Assembly (NCBI GenBank): GCA_964384025.1
Contig: CAYLJJ010000013.1
Span: 46-64,045, forward strand
Origin: an uncultured Nannocystaceae bacterium
GTDB lineage: Bacteria > Myxococcota_A > Bradymonadia > UBA7976 > UBA1532
Reading direction: 5' to 3'
DNA length: 64,000 nt
The notes under the pieces were generated by a model. The model was not told the origin of the DNA, ran no database searches, and saw only the letters and a list, made by a program, of their open reading frames with translations. A program made the position numbers and the translations under genes. Shown here in pieces: positions 38,512-48,194 of the stretch. Each line of letters starts with the position of its first letter. Position 1 is the stretch's first letter.

Positions 38512-41478
38512 ATGAAACGCTTGTTGATCTCTGCTGTGCTCTTGAGCGCCTTTTATCTAAGCATCTCCTACCGCTATGGAGATCCAGGGTGGCGGATCCA
38601 TTTTCAGGCTCGGGAAGCGGCGGCTCGGGGTGAACAGTATGATCTTGGGAGCCTCAGCATCCTCTCTCGGACAGTGCTTCATATCAAAGAGAACTACGTC
38701 GATCCTGACCGCATCAATGAACGCAAGATGATCTGGGCAGCGATGCAGGAGGTTCAGAGAGAGATCGCTGAGCTGCTCGTCGATGTTGAAAAAGACAAAG
38801 CTCAGAACCCGATCAGAATCACAGTTCGCGTAGACAAAGCAGAAAAGACTTTCAACCTCTCTAAAATAAAAAACATTTGGCATCTCTCATTTAAATTTAA
38901 GGATATTTTTAAATTCATACAAAAGAACCTAAAGCACCATGAGCGGCTCAAAGATGTAGAGTATGCTGCAATCAATGGTATGCTCTCCACGCTGGATCCA
39001 CACAGCATTCTCCTAAAACCAGAAGAATATCGAGAAATGAAGCTCAGTACTCGGGGCAAATTTGGAGGTTTGGGGATTGTAATCAGCATGCGTGAGGGTC
39101 ATTTAACTATTGTCAATCCAATCGAAGATACTCCTGCTTCACGCGCAGGTCTCAAGGCAGGAGACCGCATCGTTCAGATTGAACTGGACAGTACAGTCAA
39201 TATGGCTCTCAACGATGCTGTAGATATGCTTCGAGGAAAGCCCAACACCAAGGTCGCGATCTGGATCTCTCGCAAGGGCTGGAAGAAGCCGCGCAAATTC
39301 AGCCTCAGCCGCGCCAACATCAAGGTCAAGTCAGTGCGCTTCAAGCTGCTGGCAGGCTCCATCGGTGTTCTGCGCATTCGTAACTTCCAAAACACCACCC
39401 GAGATGAACTGGAGCGGGGGATCCGCGAGCTGAGTAAACGCAGCAAGGGAGGAAAGCTGCGGGGTCTGATCCTGGATCTACGCGGCAACCCTGGGGGGCT
39501 CTTGGATCAGGCGATTCGAGTCTCAAATCTGTTTATTCCCAGCGGCCCTCTTGTGACCACTGTGGGCTTTGGAGATAAGGTACGAGAGCCCAAGATGGCG
39601 ACCCGCAGCGGTACAGAGCGCCTCTATCCCTTGGCGGTGCTGATCGATTCCTCCAGCGCCAGCGCCAGCGAGATCGTCGCGGGGGCTCTGAAGAACCACC
39701 ACCGTGCGCTGATCATCGGTCGTAAGAGCTTCGGCAAGGGCTCGGTGCAGGTGATCTACGATAACAAGGACGATTCAGCCCTCAAGCTCACCATCGCTCA
39801 ATATCTCACCCCCGGAGATCTCAGCATCCAGTCTGTGGGCATCACCCCCGATCTAGAGATGCGACCAGTGAGCATCGAGGAGGAGAGCACTCAGCTCTTC
39901 CCCTACAAAAAGAGGCGCGCAGAGAAGGATCTCCCAGAGCATCTAGAGCATGAGAGCGCTAAGCGCTCCGTTCAGGAGAAACCGATCCACAGCCTGCGCT
40001 ACTTACGAGATCCCAAGCTCTTTAGGCGCATCCGAGAGAACCCCAACAAGATCATCCTGGATTCAGAGCTTAAACTGGCACGGAGCATCTTAGCGGCTAC
40101 TCGCGCAGGGAATCGTGAAGAGATGCTTGAAGATGCTGAGAAGGTGATTCACAAAAACAGCGCGCTGGAAGAGGAGCGTATCATCTCAGCCCTAAAGAGA
40201 AGAGGGATCGACTGGAAGGATCTGAAGCTCGAAACAGGGCTGCCCAAAGCAGAGATCACCCTACGCACAGATCGCACTGCCAACCGGGTCGAGGCGGGAG
40301 AGACGATCATTTTAGAGGCGGAAATCAGGAACAAAGGCAAGGCTCCCTTTAGGCGCCTCTGGGCGCGAACCCATTCAGACAACCCCCTCTTTGATGATTT
40401 GGAGCTGCTCTTTGGCAACATCCCCCCAGGCGAACGTCGCAGCGCCAAGCTTCCCATCAAGCTGCCTCGCAGCGCTCTGAGCCGTCGAGATCTGTTGCGG
40501 TTGGAGTTTAAGGAGGCTCTGGATCATGCCCCTGAGGAGCGCAAGATCAAGGTGGAGGTACAGCAGCTCCCGCGACCTCGCTTTGCGCTGCGCTACCGCA
40601 TCGATGATCGCCAGAGAGGCAACGGAGATGGGCTCCTTCAACATGGAGAGGATGTTGATCTGCTGGTCTGGACTGAGAACCGAGGTCAGGGGCCAAGCTA
40701 TGGGCTCCTGGTCTCGGTGCGCAATGATGATCGCGACGCTCAGCGGGGGATCTTTATCAAGCGAGGGCGCATTAAGGCTGAGGGCCTAAAAGTGGGAGAG
40801 GGCAGCGAGCAGCGCTTTAAGATCCAGGTCAAAGGGGGCGGCGCAGCTCCTCAGGCGCCGGTCTCTCTGCTGATCAGGGCGGTGGCTCCTGAGATCGGAG
40901 AGTGGAGCCAACGCAAGATCTTGCTGCCCACCGTCAGCCCTCAAGAGAAGCTCAAGCCGGTCTCCCTGATCCTCAGCCCCAAACTGGGAGATCAGATCGC
41001 CCTGCGTGCGCTCAAGGGCTTAGATCAGGCGATCGCTCAAGCACCAAGGCTCTGGGCTGACGCTCGCCTGGGAGCTTGGTTGCGGGTGCCTGCTCAGGAC
41101 CAACTCTTCGCCTGGGTCCCCAGCGCTGAGGTGATCGTAGATTCTGGAGAGGAGATGCCCAACCGCCTCCAGATGCGCCCCCCCTCTGCTCCCCCTGAAA
41201 TTCGCTTCGATGAGTCCAACATCAGCGTGGAGATGCGGCAAAAAAGCCTTCGACTCAAGGGAAAGGTCTCTTCAGATAGACCGGTAAAGGACCTACTCAT
41301 CTTTCTCAATGATCGTAAGGTTTTCTTCAAATCTGCCGGCAGCGTGTCGGGAGATCGAGATCTGCCCTTCTCCGCAAAGCTGAAGTTGGATAAGGGGATC
41401 AACCACCTCAGCCTCGTCGCTCGGGAGGAGGATGATCTCTCCTCTCGCCGCGACCTTATCATCCATAGGCTTAAGTGA
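38512..41478 (+). CDS. S41 (CtpA-like) C-terminal processing protease with PDZ and long C-terminal extension, MXAN_5808-family-like
   Basis: LDPHS, FGGLGI, PA.RAGLKAGD, LDLRGNPGGLL, SASASEIVAGAL, SFGKGSVQ, LKLTIAQYLTP. Confidence 0.9.
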   Translation: MKRLLISAVLLSAFYLSISYRYGDPGWRIHFQAREAAARGEQYDLGSLSILSRTVLHIKENYVDPDRINERKMIWAAMQEVQREIAELLVDVEKDKAQNPIRITVRVDKAEKTFNLSKIKNIWHLSFKFKDIFKFIQKNLKHHERLKDVEYAAINGMLSTLDPHSILLKPEEYREMKLSTRGKFGGLGIVISMREGHLTIVNPIEDTPASRAGLKAGDRIVQIELDSTVNMALNDAVDMLRGKPNTKVAIWISRKGWKKPRKFSLSRANIKVKSVRFKLLAGSIGVLRIRNFQNTTRDELERGIRELSKRSKGGKLRGLILDLRGNPGGLLDQAIRVSNLFIPSGPLVTTVGFGDKVREPKMATRSGTERLYPLAVLIDSSSASASEIVAGALKNHHRALIIGRKSFGKGSVQVIYDNKDDSALKLTIAQYLTPGDLSIQSVGITPDLEMRPVSIEEESTQLFPYKKRRAEKDLPEHLEHESAKRSVQEKPIHSLRYLRDPKLFRRIRENPNKIILDSELKLARSILAATRAGNREEMLEDAEKVIHKNSALEEERIISALKRRGIDWKDLKLETGLPKAEITLRTDRTANRVEAGETIILEAEIRNKGKAPFRRLWARTHSDNPLFDDLELLFGNIPPGERRSAKLPIKLPRSALSRRDLLRLEFKEALDHAPEERKIKVEVQQLPRPRFALRYRIDDRQRGNGDGLLQHGEDVDLLVWTENRGQGPSYGLLVSVRNDDRDAQRGIFIKRGRIKAEGLKVGEGSEQRFKIQVKGGGAAPQAPVSLLIRAVAPEIGEWSQRKILLPTVSPQEKLKPVSLILSPKLGDQIALRALKGLDQAIAQAPRLWADARLGAWLRVPAQDQLFAWVPSAEVIVDSGEEMPNRLQMRPPSAPPEIRFDESNISVEMRQKSLRLKGKVSSDRPVKDLLIFLNDRKVFFKSAGSVSGDRDLPFSAKLKLDKGINHLSLVAREEDDLSSRRDLIIHRLK

Positions 41479-42755
41479 TGAGCAAGCTCAAGAGGCTGGA
41501 GACCCAGCAATTCAACGCCGATCTGGTCGTCAGCCGCTATACCCTCACCAATGGCCTTCAGGTCCTCCATCAACCAGATCATGGCTCTCCTGTGTTGGCC
41601 TATCAGAGCTGGTTTCGGGTGGGCAGCGCCTACGAGCGCCCAGGTCGAACCGGTATGGCGCATCTCTTTGAACATCTGATGTTCAAAGGCAGCAAGAACC
41701 AGCCTGAAGGGGCCTTTGATCGTCGCTTGGAAGAAGTTGGTGCGCGGGTCAACGCCGCCACTTGGTTGGACTGGACCTTCTACTATGAAGAGATCCCCAG
41801 CGCCTTTTTTCCTGAGTTGGTCGAGTTGGAGGCTGATCGCTTAGAGAATATGCGTCTCAACACCGAGCAGTTGGAGTTGGAGCGTAAGGTCGTGATGAAT
41901 GAGCGTCGAGAGCAGGTGGAGGATCAGCCCGACAGCCTGATGAGCGAGCACCTTTGGGCTTTGGCCTTTAAAGAACACTCCTATGGCTGGCCCACGATCG
42001 GGTGGATGGAGGATATCCAAAGCATCAGCTTGTCAGATTGCCTGGAGTTTCAGCGTCACTATTACAGCCCCAATAACCTGATCATCTGCGTGGTGGGCGA
42101 TCTCCCAGCCTCGGAGCTGGAGCGGATCGCAGCCGCCTATGGCCACCTCGAGCCTCAGGAGATCCCGCCTCTGCCACGATTTGAGGAGCCTTACCAAAGC
42201 AGCCCCCGTCGCGAGGTGCTGAGTTTGCCTCTCAGCGGCGATCGTCTGTTGATGGGCTTCCCCGCTCCTGCTGCTCTGGATCCTCTTCACCCCGCCCTGG
42301 AGGTCCTGAACGAGATCCTCTTTGAGGGGGACTCAGCGCGGCTACAACGCAGCTTGGTCACTGAAGGGGAGCAGGCCAGCGGGATCTTCTCCTTTGTACC
42401 CCTCTTTCAGGCCCAAGGGCTCTATGAGTTGGGTGTAGATCTACGCGCTGGGATCCCCGCTGAGGCCGCTGAGGTTCAGATCATGGAGGCCCTTGAGCGC
42501 ATCCGCTGTGAGGGCCTCTCAGAGAAGGATTTGGAGAAGGCATGCAATAAACTGGAGACGCGCTTCTATCGCCAGCTTCAGTCCAACCAGAGTCGAGCCC
42601 AGAGCCTAGGCTTCTGGCAGGTCTTAGGAGACTTCCGCCAGATGTTTCGACAGGCGGCAGGCTACCGTCAGGTCAACAGCGCCCAGGTTCAGAACCTCTT
42701 GGAGCGTTTCCTTCGCCCCGAGGCTTGTAACCTCGTCATCGGGCGTGCCTCTTGA
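41475..42755 (+). CDS. M16B zinc peptidase, catalytic subunit
   Basis: GSAYE..GRTGMAHLFEHLMFKG (HXXEH), NAAT, YSPNN. Confidence 0.92.
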   Translation: MMSKLKRLETQQFNADLVVSRYTLTNGLQVLHQPDHGSPVLAYQSWFRVGSAYERPGRTGMAHLFEHLMFKGSKNQPEGAFDRRLEEVGARVNAATWLDWTFYYEEIPSAFFPELVELEADRLENMRLNTEQLELERKVVMNERREQVEDQPDSLMSEHLWALAFKEHSYGWPTIGWMEDIQSISLSDCLEFQRHYYSPNNLIICVVGDLPASELERIAAAYGHLEPQEIPPLPRFEEPYQSSPRREVLSLPLSGDRLLMGFPAPAALDPLHPALEVLNEILFEGDSARLQRSLVTEGEQASGIFSFVPLFQAQGLYELGVDLRAGIPAEAAEVQIMEALERIRCEGLSEKDLEKACNKLETRFYRQLQSNQSRAQSLGFWQVLGDFRQMFRQAAGYRQVNSAQVQNLLERFLRPEACNLVIGRAS

Positions 42756-43996
42756 GGAGCGCTGCCGCCGAGGGCTCAGTTTTGGGCTTAAGAGGCCCCA
42801 TCCTGACCCTTGCCCTCCCTCAAGCTTGCATAGGAGAGCAGCTTCGCCTGCCCTGCGGGGCTCTCTTAGAGGTGGTGGGCTTCTCTGGAGCCGAGGCCAC
42901 GGCCTTAGCGCTGGAGCATTTCCAGATCCTAGACTCAGGCTGCCCCGTTCGCCGCGCTCCTCAGGCCGCGCTGTTGCCGGTCGGCTCTGAGATCATCGGT
43001 CGGATCATCAATAGCCTGGGAGAGCCCCTTGATGGTGCTCCTCTTCCTCCTCCAAGCTGGCCTTTACGGCGACGCGCTCCTGAGCCCTTGAGTCGTCGGC
43101 CTGTCGATCAGCCTTTGGTGCTGGGGCTGCGCTGTATCGATGGCTTATTGACTCTGGGCCGGGGTCAGCGCGTTGCCTTGGAGGCGGGGCCTGGAGCGGG
43201 CAAGAGCAGCTTGTTAGCATATATCGCCGCTCAGGCTGACGCGGAGGTAGTGATCATCGCCCTCATCGGAGAGCGAGGTCGTGAGGTGGGAGAGTTTCTA
43301 AAGCGCCTCAGCCCTCAGGCCCGCGCTCGCAGCATTCTGGTAGTGGCGCGGGCTGATGATCCTCCGATGGCCTGGATCCGGGCCGCTGAGACCGCCACCG
43401 CCTTAGCTGAATATTTCCGAGGAGAGGGGCGGGATGTGATTCTGCTGGTGGACTCCCTCACGCGGGTGGCGCGGGCGATCCGCACTGTGGGTATCGCCGC
43501 AGGAGAGCCGACCACTCGACGCGGCTTTCCTCCCTCCCTCTCTACCCGACTCTCAGAGCTGCTGGAGCGCTCCTCCAACGATGAGCAAGGCACGCTGACT
43601 GCGCTCTATGCGGTCTTGGTAGAGGGTGACCAACAAGATGATCCTGTAGCTGAGGAGGCTCGGGCGCTGCTGGATGGGCACCTGGTCTTGGAGGCTAAGC
43701 TTGCAGCGGCGGGGCGCTTCCCTGCTCTGGATCCGCTGCGCAGCATCAGCCGCTGTATGAGCGCGGTGAGCACCCCAGCCCAACGTCGCGCGGTGCGTCA
43801 ACTCAGAGCATGGCTCGCGGCTTTGACACACTATGAAGATCTCTTGCGGGTGGGGGCCTATAAACCGGGCAGCGATCCTCTGCTGGACAAAGCCCTTAAA
43901 CGCCGGAGCGCGATTGAAGCTTTCCTGCGCCAAGGGTTGGAAGAGCACAGCAGATTTGATGAAACACTGAGATGTTTGGAGGCGCTGGCGCGATGA
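42752..43996 (+). CDS. FliI/SctN(YscN)-family export ATPase
   Basis: IDGLLTLGRGQR, AGPGAGKS, ALIGERGREV, AETATALAEYFR, DSLTRVARA.R, GEP.T.RGFPP, VLVEGD...DP. Confidence 0.9.
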   Translation: MRSAAAEGSVLGLRGPILTLALPQACIGEQLRLPCGALLEVVGFSGAEATALALEHFQILDSGCPVRRAPQAALLPVGSEIIGRIINSLGEPLDGAPLPPPSWPLRRRAPEPLSRRPVDQPLVLGLRCIDGLLTLGRGQRVALEAGPGAGKSSLLAYIAAQADAEVVIIALIGERGREVGEFLKRLSPQARARSILVVARADDPPMAWIRAAETATALAEYFRGEGRDVILLVDSLTRVARAIRTVGIAAGEPTTRRGFPPSLSTRLSELLERSSNDEQGTLTALYAVLVEGDQQDDPVAEEARALLDGHLVLEAKLAAAGRFPALDPLRSISRCMSAVSTPAQRRAVRQLRAWLAALTHYEDLLRVGAYKPGSDPLLDKALKRRSAIEAFLRQGLEEHSRFDETLRCLEALAR

Positions 43997-45273
43997 CAGA
44001 GAGCTGGATCTCAAGAGCCCTGATCCTGGTGGAGCAGCGCAGCCTGCCCTTTGTACACATCAACCTCTTCTTTCAGTTTGGTCCCATCTTTGATCCTCCA
44101 GGGAAACAGGGGCTCAGCCAGCTCTGCCACCGTATGTTGATGCGGGGCACCCAGCGCCGCGATCGAAGCGCTTTTGAGGAGGCTGTTGAGATCTTAGGGA
44201 CAGAAGTACACAGCCTCTCTCAGCAGCACGCTCAGGGCATCGGGGGCTTTCTGCTCTCTCGTAAGCTGCCTCAATTTTTGGATCTCTTGGGGGAGATGCT
44301 CACCCAACCCGCCTTTGAGGAGGAGGAGATTGAGCGGGTCAAGCGAGAGATGTTAGCAGAGCTGGAGACCGCTCAGGATGAAGACTCGGTGTTGGCGCGG
44401 ATCTGGTTTCAGCGCCTCCTCTTCTGGGAGCATCCCATCGCCTATGGAGTCTCCATCTCCAAAGAGAGCTTGGCCGCGATCCGGCGAGAGGATCTCCTAG
44501 AGCATTTTCAGCGCTTCTACCACCGAGGCTGCCTCAGCATCGGCGCGGCAGGTGATATCTCCCGAGGAGCGTTGGAGGGGATGTTGACGCGGAGCTTAGA
44601 GGCTCTGCCTGAAGGGCCTCCAACTTCCTGGGAGCTGCCTCCTCAGAACTCGCAGGAGGGACCCAAACTCTTCCTCCTGGATCGAATGGAGCGGGGACAG
44701 ATTCAGCTCTTCTTGGGGCAGCCCAGTGTCAAAGCAACTCACCCAGATCACAGCGCTCTGCGCTTAGCGGTCACCGCCTTTGGGGGAACCTTTACGGCGC
44801 GGCTGATGCAAGAAGTGCGGGTCAAGCGTGGCCTCAGCTACGGAGCCTATGCGCGCTTGGGCACTGAGCGCTTTGGAGCTTCTCTGATGATCAACGCTGT
44901 CCCTGAACGCAAGGACGCGGTCCAAACTTTGAGGCTCCTGCTCAGCGAATACCGACGCTTTATCGAGGAGGGTCTCAGCGATGAGGAGATCAACTTCGCC
45001 CGAGGCTATCTCGGCCAAGCGCAGATCTTCGCTATGGAGACCGCGACTCAACGCGCCGCTCTTCAGACCCGCGCTCGCCTCCTGGGGCACCCTGACGATT
45101 TCCTAGAGCGCTACCTAGAGCATCTGAGCGCCTTGAGCGCTGATCAGGTGAGGGCAGCGGTACGCCGCCACCTTGATCCTCAACGGATTCTCGCGATCAT
45201 GGTAGGCAGCCTCGGAGAGGTAGAGCAGGAGCTGAGCGCCTTGGGGCTGTTCTCCTCAATCAAGAGAGTTTGA
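43993..45273 (+). CDS. M16B peptidase, non-catalytic subunit
   Basis: DPPGKQGLSQLCHRMLMRGT (no HXXEH), FGGTFTARLMQEVRVKRGLSYGAY; ATG at 43993. Confidence 0.9.
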   Translation: MTESWISRALILVEQRSLPFVHINLFFQFGPIFDPPGKQGLSQLCHRMLMRGTQRRDRSAFEEAVEILGTEVHSLSQQHAQGIGGFLLSRKLPQFLDLLGEMLTQPAFEEEEIERVKREMLAELETAQDEDSVLARIWFQRLLFWEHPIAYGVSISKESLAAIRREDLLEHFQRFYHRGCLSIGAAGDISRGALEGMLTRSLEALPEGPPTSWELPPQNSQEGPKLFLLDRMERGQIQLFLGQPSVKATHPDHSALRLAVTAFGGTFTARLMQEVRVKRGLSYGAYARLGTERFGASLMINAVPERKDAVQTLRLLLSEYRRFIEEGLSDEEINFARGYLGQAQIFAMETATQRAALQTRARLLGHPDDFLERYLEHLSALSADQVRAAVRRHLDPQRILAIMVGSLGEVEQELSALGLFSSIKRV

Positions 45274-45300
45274 GCCGGGTTTGGGACCTGGAGGAATATC

Positions 45301-45396
45301 ATGGGCACAGCCACCCAACTCAGCCTCAAGGCTTCAGCTCCGCTGCGTGGTGATTTGCTCGAGCCTGGGATCTCAAGCAGCTTCGCTGTGTGTTGA
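45301..45396 (+). CDS. Putative 31-aa small protein (MGTATQLSLKASAPLRGDLLEPGISSSFAVC)
   Basis: GGAGGA 5 nt before the ATG, 27 bp after the M16 operon; below ORF-track cutoff. Confidence 0.3.
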   Translation: MGTATQLSLKASAPLRGDLLEPGISSSFAVC

Positions 45397-45431
45397 TGAT
45401 TCTTCCGTGTCTATGACCGGTACGGCTGACC

Positions 45432-46169
45432 TCAATTGATCGATTGAGTCTGCCTCTCAAGGAGCGCGATCAGCTCATCTGCGCCGCCAATGTGCTTTCC
45501 GTCGATGAAGACCTGAGGGGTTGTACTCTCAGCAGAGACCGCACGTAGGCTGCGTGGGTTGGCAGTAAGCTCTTCATATTGAAGCCCCCGCTCTTTTAAT
45601 GCAGACTTGGCACGGGCGCAGTGCCCGCAGCCGGGCTTAGTGAGGAGGAGGATGTCTGAGGGCAACTTGGCTTCTGGGGCTAGATAGTTGAGCATCGTGT
45701 CGGCATCAGAGACCTCGTAAGGATCACCCTCAATTTGAGGCTCGATGAACATCTCAAGGATCACTCCATCATCCACCAACATAGAGTAGCGCCAAGAACG
45801 CGCACCGAAGTTCAGATCATGCTTCTTCACAAGCATCCCCATCCCCTTGGTAAACTCTCCATTGCCATCGGCCAGGAAGCTGACATTCTCAGCCCCTTGA
45901 TCTTTACGCCAAGCCTCCATGACGAAGGGGTCATTGACCGAAACACAGATGATCTCGTCGATCCCTTGAGCCTTGAACACTGGTTGCAGCTCGTTATAGC
46001 GCGGTACATGGGAGGTTGAGCAGGTGGGTGTAAAGGCGCCTGGCAGGGAGAAGAGGATCACCTTGCGATCTTTAAAGAGCTCAGCGGTCTGAATCTCAAC
46101 CCATCGGCCGTCGCGACGCTGTCGTAGGAGAAGATCGGGGATCGTCTGGCCTTTGCGGTTCTCAAGCAT
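45432..46169 (-). CDS. Hybrid peroxiredoxin-5/glutaredoxin (PGdx)
   Basis: LPGAFTPTCS, VSVNDPFVM, DGNGEFT, SWRYSM; C-terminal CGHC...TPQVFIDG. Confidence 0.95.
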   Translation of the reverse strand: MLENRKGQTIPDLLLRQRRDGRWVEIQTAELFKDRKVILFSLPGAFTPTCSTSHVPRYNELQPVFKAQGIDEIICVSVNDPFVMEAWRKDQGAENVSFLADGNGEFTKGMGMLVKKHDLNFGARSWRYSMLVDDGVILEMFIEPQIEGDPYEVSDADTMLNYLAPEAKLPSDILLLTKPGCGHCARAKSALKERGLQYEELTANPRSLRAVSAESTTPQVFIDGKHIGGADELIALLERQTQSIN

Positions 46170-46241
46170 GTTTTGCTCCTTTGTCGTTGAGATCTCAGCT
46201 TCTGAGTAAGGATCTTTTGCAGAGGACGTTCCAGTGTTTGG

Positions 46242-46250
46242 ATTGTAACA
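46242..46250 (-). promoter_or_regulatory. Candidate extended -10 (TGTTACAAT) for the Prx5-Grx gene
   Basis: TGnTACAAT in AT-rich intergenic DNA ~70 bp upstream of the ATG. Confidence 0.35.
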
Positions 46251-46597
46251 ATATCAGTGAATTAAATCTGTGGCATCCAGAAAGCACGAGATTTCGTCTG
46301 TTGGCAACGAGATATAAAGATGTTGACGATATTTCAATAGTTATACACCGTGCTCAAGCAGCTACCCCGCTGGATTCTGTGGTTCCCTTAACCTCTTCCC
46401 CTTTAGAGGCGAAGCCCCCTTCAGAAAGCTCGGCTTAAAGTTTGATAGAGGAGGGGTGGTGCTGTAGGCGATCAAGTTCGGAGGGCAAAAGGAGATGAGA
46501 GGCAAAGTGACGGTGAGGGGTGGAGGTGAAAGCGCTCCCCAGCACGGGTCACCACATCATTTACATCGAGAGCAGCGCGGCCCCAACATCTGAGCGT

Positions 46598-47638
46598 TCA
46601 GGAGAGTGGCAGATGGATCGTAAAAACAGCGCCCTCTCCAGGTTGGCTCTTGACCTCAATATGGCCCTGATGATCTTGGATGATGCCCTGGGCCAGGGCT
46701 AAGCCGATCCCCAAGCCCGTGCTGGAACTCCCTGAGCTTCCCACTTGATAGAAGCGATCGAAGAGGAAGGGGAGGTGCTGTTGTGGAATTCCAGACCCAT
46801 CATCTCGCACTGAGAGCAGAACCTCAGCCCCAGCGTGCCACTGAGCTATATGGATATTCTTCGCTTCAGCGTGCTTGATCGCGTTCTCCAAGAGCTGCGC
46901 GAGGGCTTGTTCAACACGGATGGCGTCCAGGTTGAGAGCGCAAGGATCGAGGATATCTAGGGAGAGGTTCAATCCTGCTTCCTGAGCTGCGCTCCGATGT
47001 CGCGCGATCACCCCCCCAACCAGCTCCTCCAGTTGAACCTGCTTGCGTTGATAGTTGAGCTGCCCAAGAGACTGACGAGAGAGATCCATCATGCTCTCGA
47101 TCAGCCTGAGGAGACGATCACTCTCCTCCAAAATAACGCCCAAGAACTCTCCACGAAGCGCCGGCTCCAGCTCAGGATCCATTATCAAAGTTTGAGCATA
47201 GCCACGGACATTCGCGAGGGGTGTCCTCAGTTCATGCCCCACCGTACGCAGCAGCTCCGTCTTCATCCCTTCTAGGCTGTTTAGCTCCTCATTAAGGTTT
47301 TGAAGGCTCCTGTTTTGGCGGATGAGTCCCTGTACCAAACCAGCATAACGCAGGAAGAGCCTGAGTTCTCCCGCCGCGTCCTTTAAGAGCAGCTGTTCCT
47401 GATCAGAGAAGGCAGCCTTTCGAGAGACTGAGATCTGCCCCTCACCCCCCTCAAGCTCCAACTCCAGATGATACACTTGGGGTTTTCCCAAGCTGAACTC
47501 TCCACAGCTCAAAGAGACGCAGCCCTGAGCTGCATTGAGAGCCTCCATGATGGGCCCCAAAGCGCGCTGAGCCAGCAGCTCGGGAGGACAGTCCAGTAAA
47601 GCAGCCCGCAGGCTGTCTCTCAATCTCAGGCGTGACAT
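46598..47638 (-). CDS. Cytoplasmic sensor histidine kinase
   Basis: GHELRTPL H-box, LLENAIKH, DDGSGI, LFDRFY, GLGIGL. Confidence 0.93.
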   Translation of the reverse strand: MSRLRLRDSLRAALLDCPPELLAQRALGPIMEALNAAQGCVSLSCGEFSLGKPQVYHLELELEGGEGQISVSRKAAFSDQEQLLLKDAAGELRLFLRYAGLVQGLIRQNRSLQNLNEELNSLEGMKTELLRTVGHELRTPLANVRGYAQTLIMDPELEPALRGEFLGVILEESDRLLRLIESMMDLSRQSLGQLNYQRKQVQLEELVGGVIARHRSAAQEAGLNLSLDILDPCALNLDAIRVEQALAQLLENAIKHAEAKNIHIAQWHAGAEVLLSVRDDGSGIPQQHLPFLFDRFYQVGSSGSSSTGLGIGLALAQGIIQDHQGHIEVKSQPGEGAVFTIHLPLS

Positions 47639-47647
47639 GAACAGGCT

Positions 47648-48187
47648 TTAGGGTTGGATCTCTACAACAGAAGAAGCCAGAGAGCGGCGCTTCTGAGCAG
47701 AATTGGACCAAGCGATCACGTAGACTACATAGCGAACACCCAACTCCAATTTAAGATCGCTGTGACTGCGTTCGGTGTGTAGAACCTCACTGCGCCGAAA
47801 GAGGAGAGGCTTCTCTCCGCTGATCCCCAAGATATGGATGGAGTAGTAATCGGCTCCCTCAATCGGCTCCCAGTCGAGCAAAAGCACATCGGCGCGGGGC
47901 TGTTCGATGGAGACGAGAGGGGTGTCTAAGAAGCCGGTCTCTCGACCACAGACGGGGCACTCTTCCAAGGCGATGGGGGGGAGTTCTGAGTTTGAGAGGC
48001 TGCGCTCACCCAGAGCGATCATCACTTGACAGGCGAGGCTTAAGCAATCTCCCCCCTCTTGAATTTCTGGAGAGGCTTCAAAAAGCCCCTGAGCTTCAGA
48101 GTTTAGATCAACCGTAGAGCTTAAATCGCTTTCCAGCTCTCCACAGGCCAGAGAGAGCAAGAACAGAAACAAAGAAAAAGCGCGCAT
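47648..48187 (-). CDS. Hypothetical lipoprotein with FN3-like C-terminal domain
   Basis: MRAFSLFLFLLSLAC lipobox; LDWEPIEGADYY...YVVYVIAW. Confidence 0.6.
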   Translation of the reverse strand: MRAFSLFLFLLSLACGELESDLSSTVDLNSEAQGLFEASPEIQEGGDCLSLACQVMIALGERSLSNSELPPIALEECPVCGRETGFLDTPLVSIEQPRADVLLLDWEPIEGADYYSIHILGISGEKPLLFRRSEVLHTERSHSDLKLELGVRYVVYVIAWSNSAQKRRSLASSVVEIQP

Positions 48188-48194
48188 CTTTTCC

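Noticed and set aside
38800-39130. AT-rich patch inside the S41 gene as a foreign insert
   Set aside because: Frame and conserved S41 N-terminal motifs are continuous; explained by Lys/Ile/Phe-rich sequence.
42752-43996. F1-ATPase beta subunit or a flagellar/T3SS locus
   Set aside because: Motifs are FliI/SctN-type, and no atp, flagellar or T3SS structural genes are present in the window.
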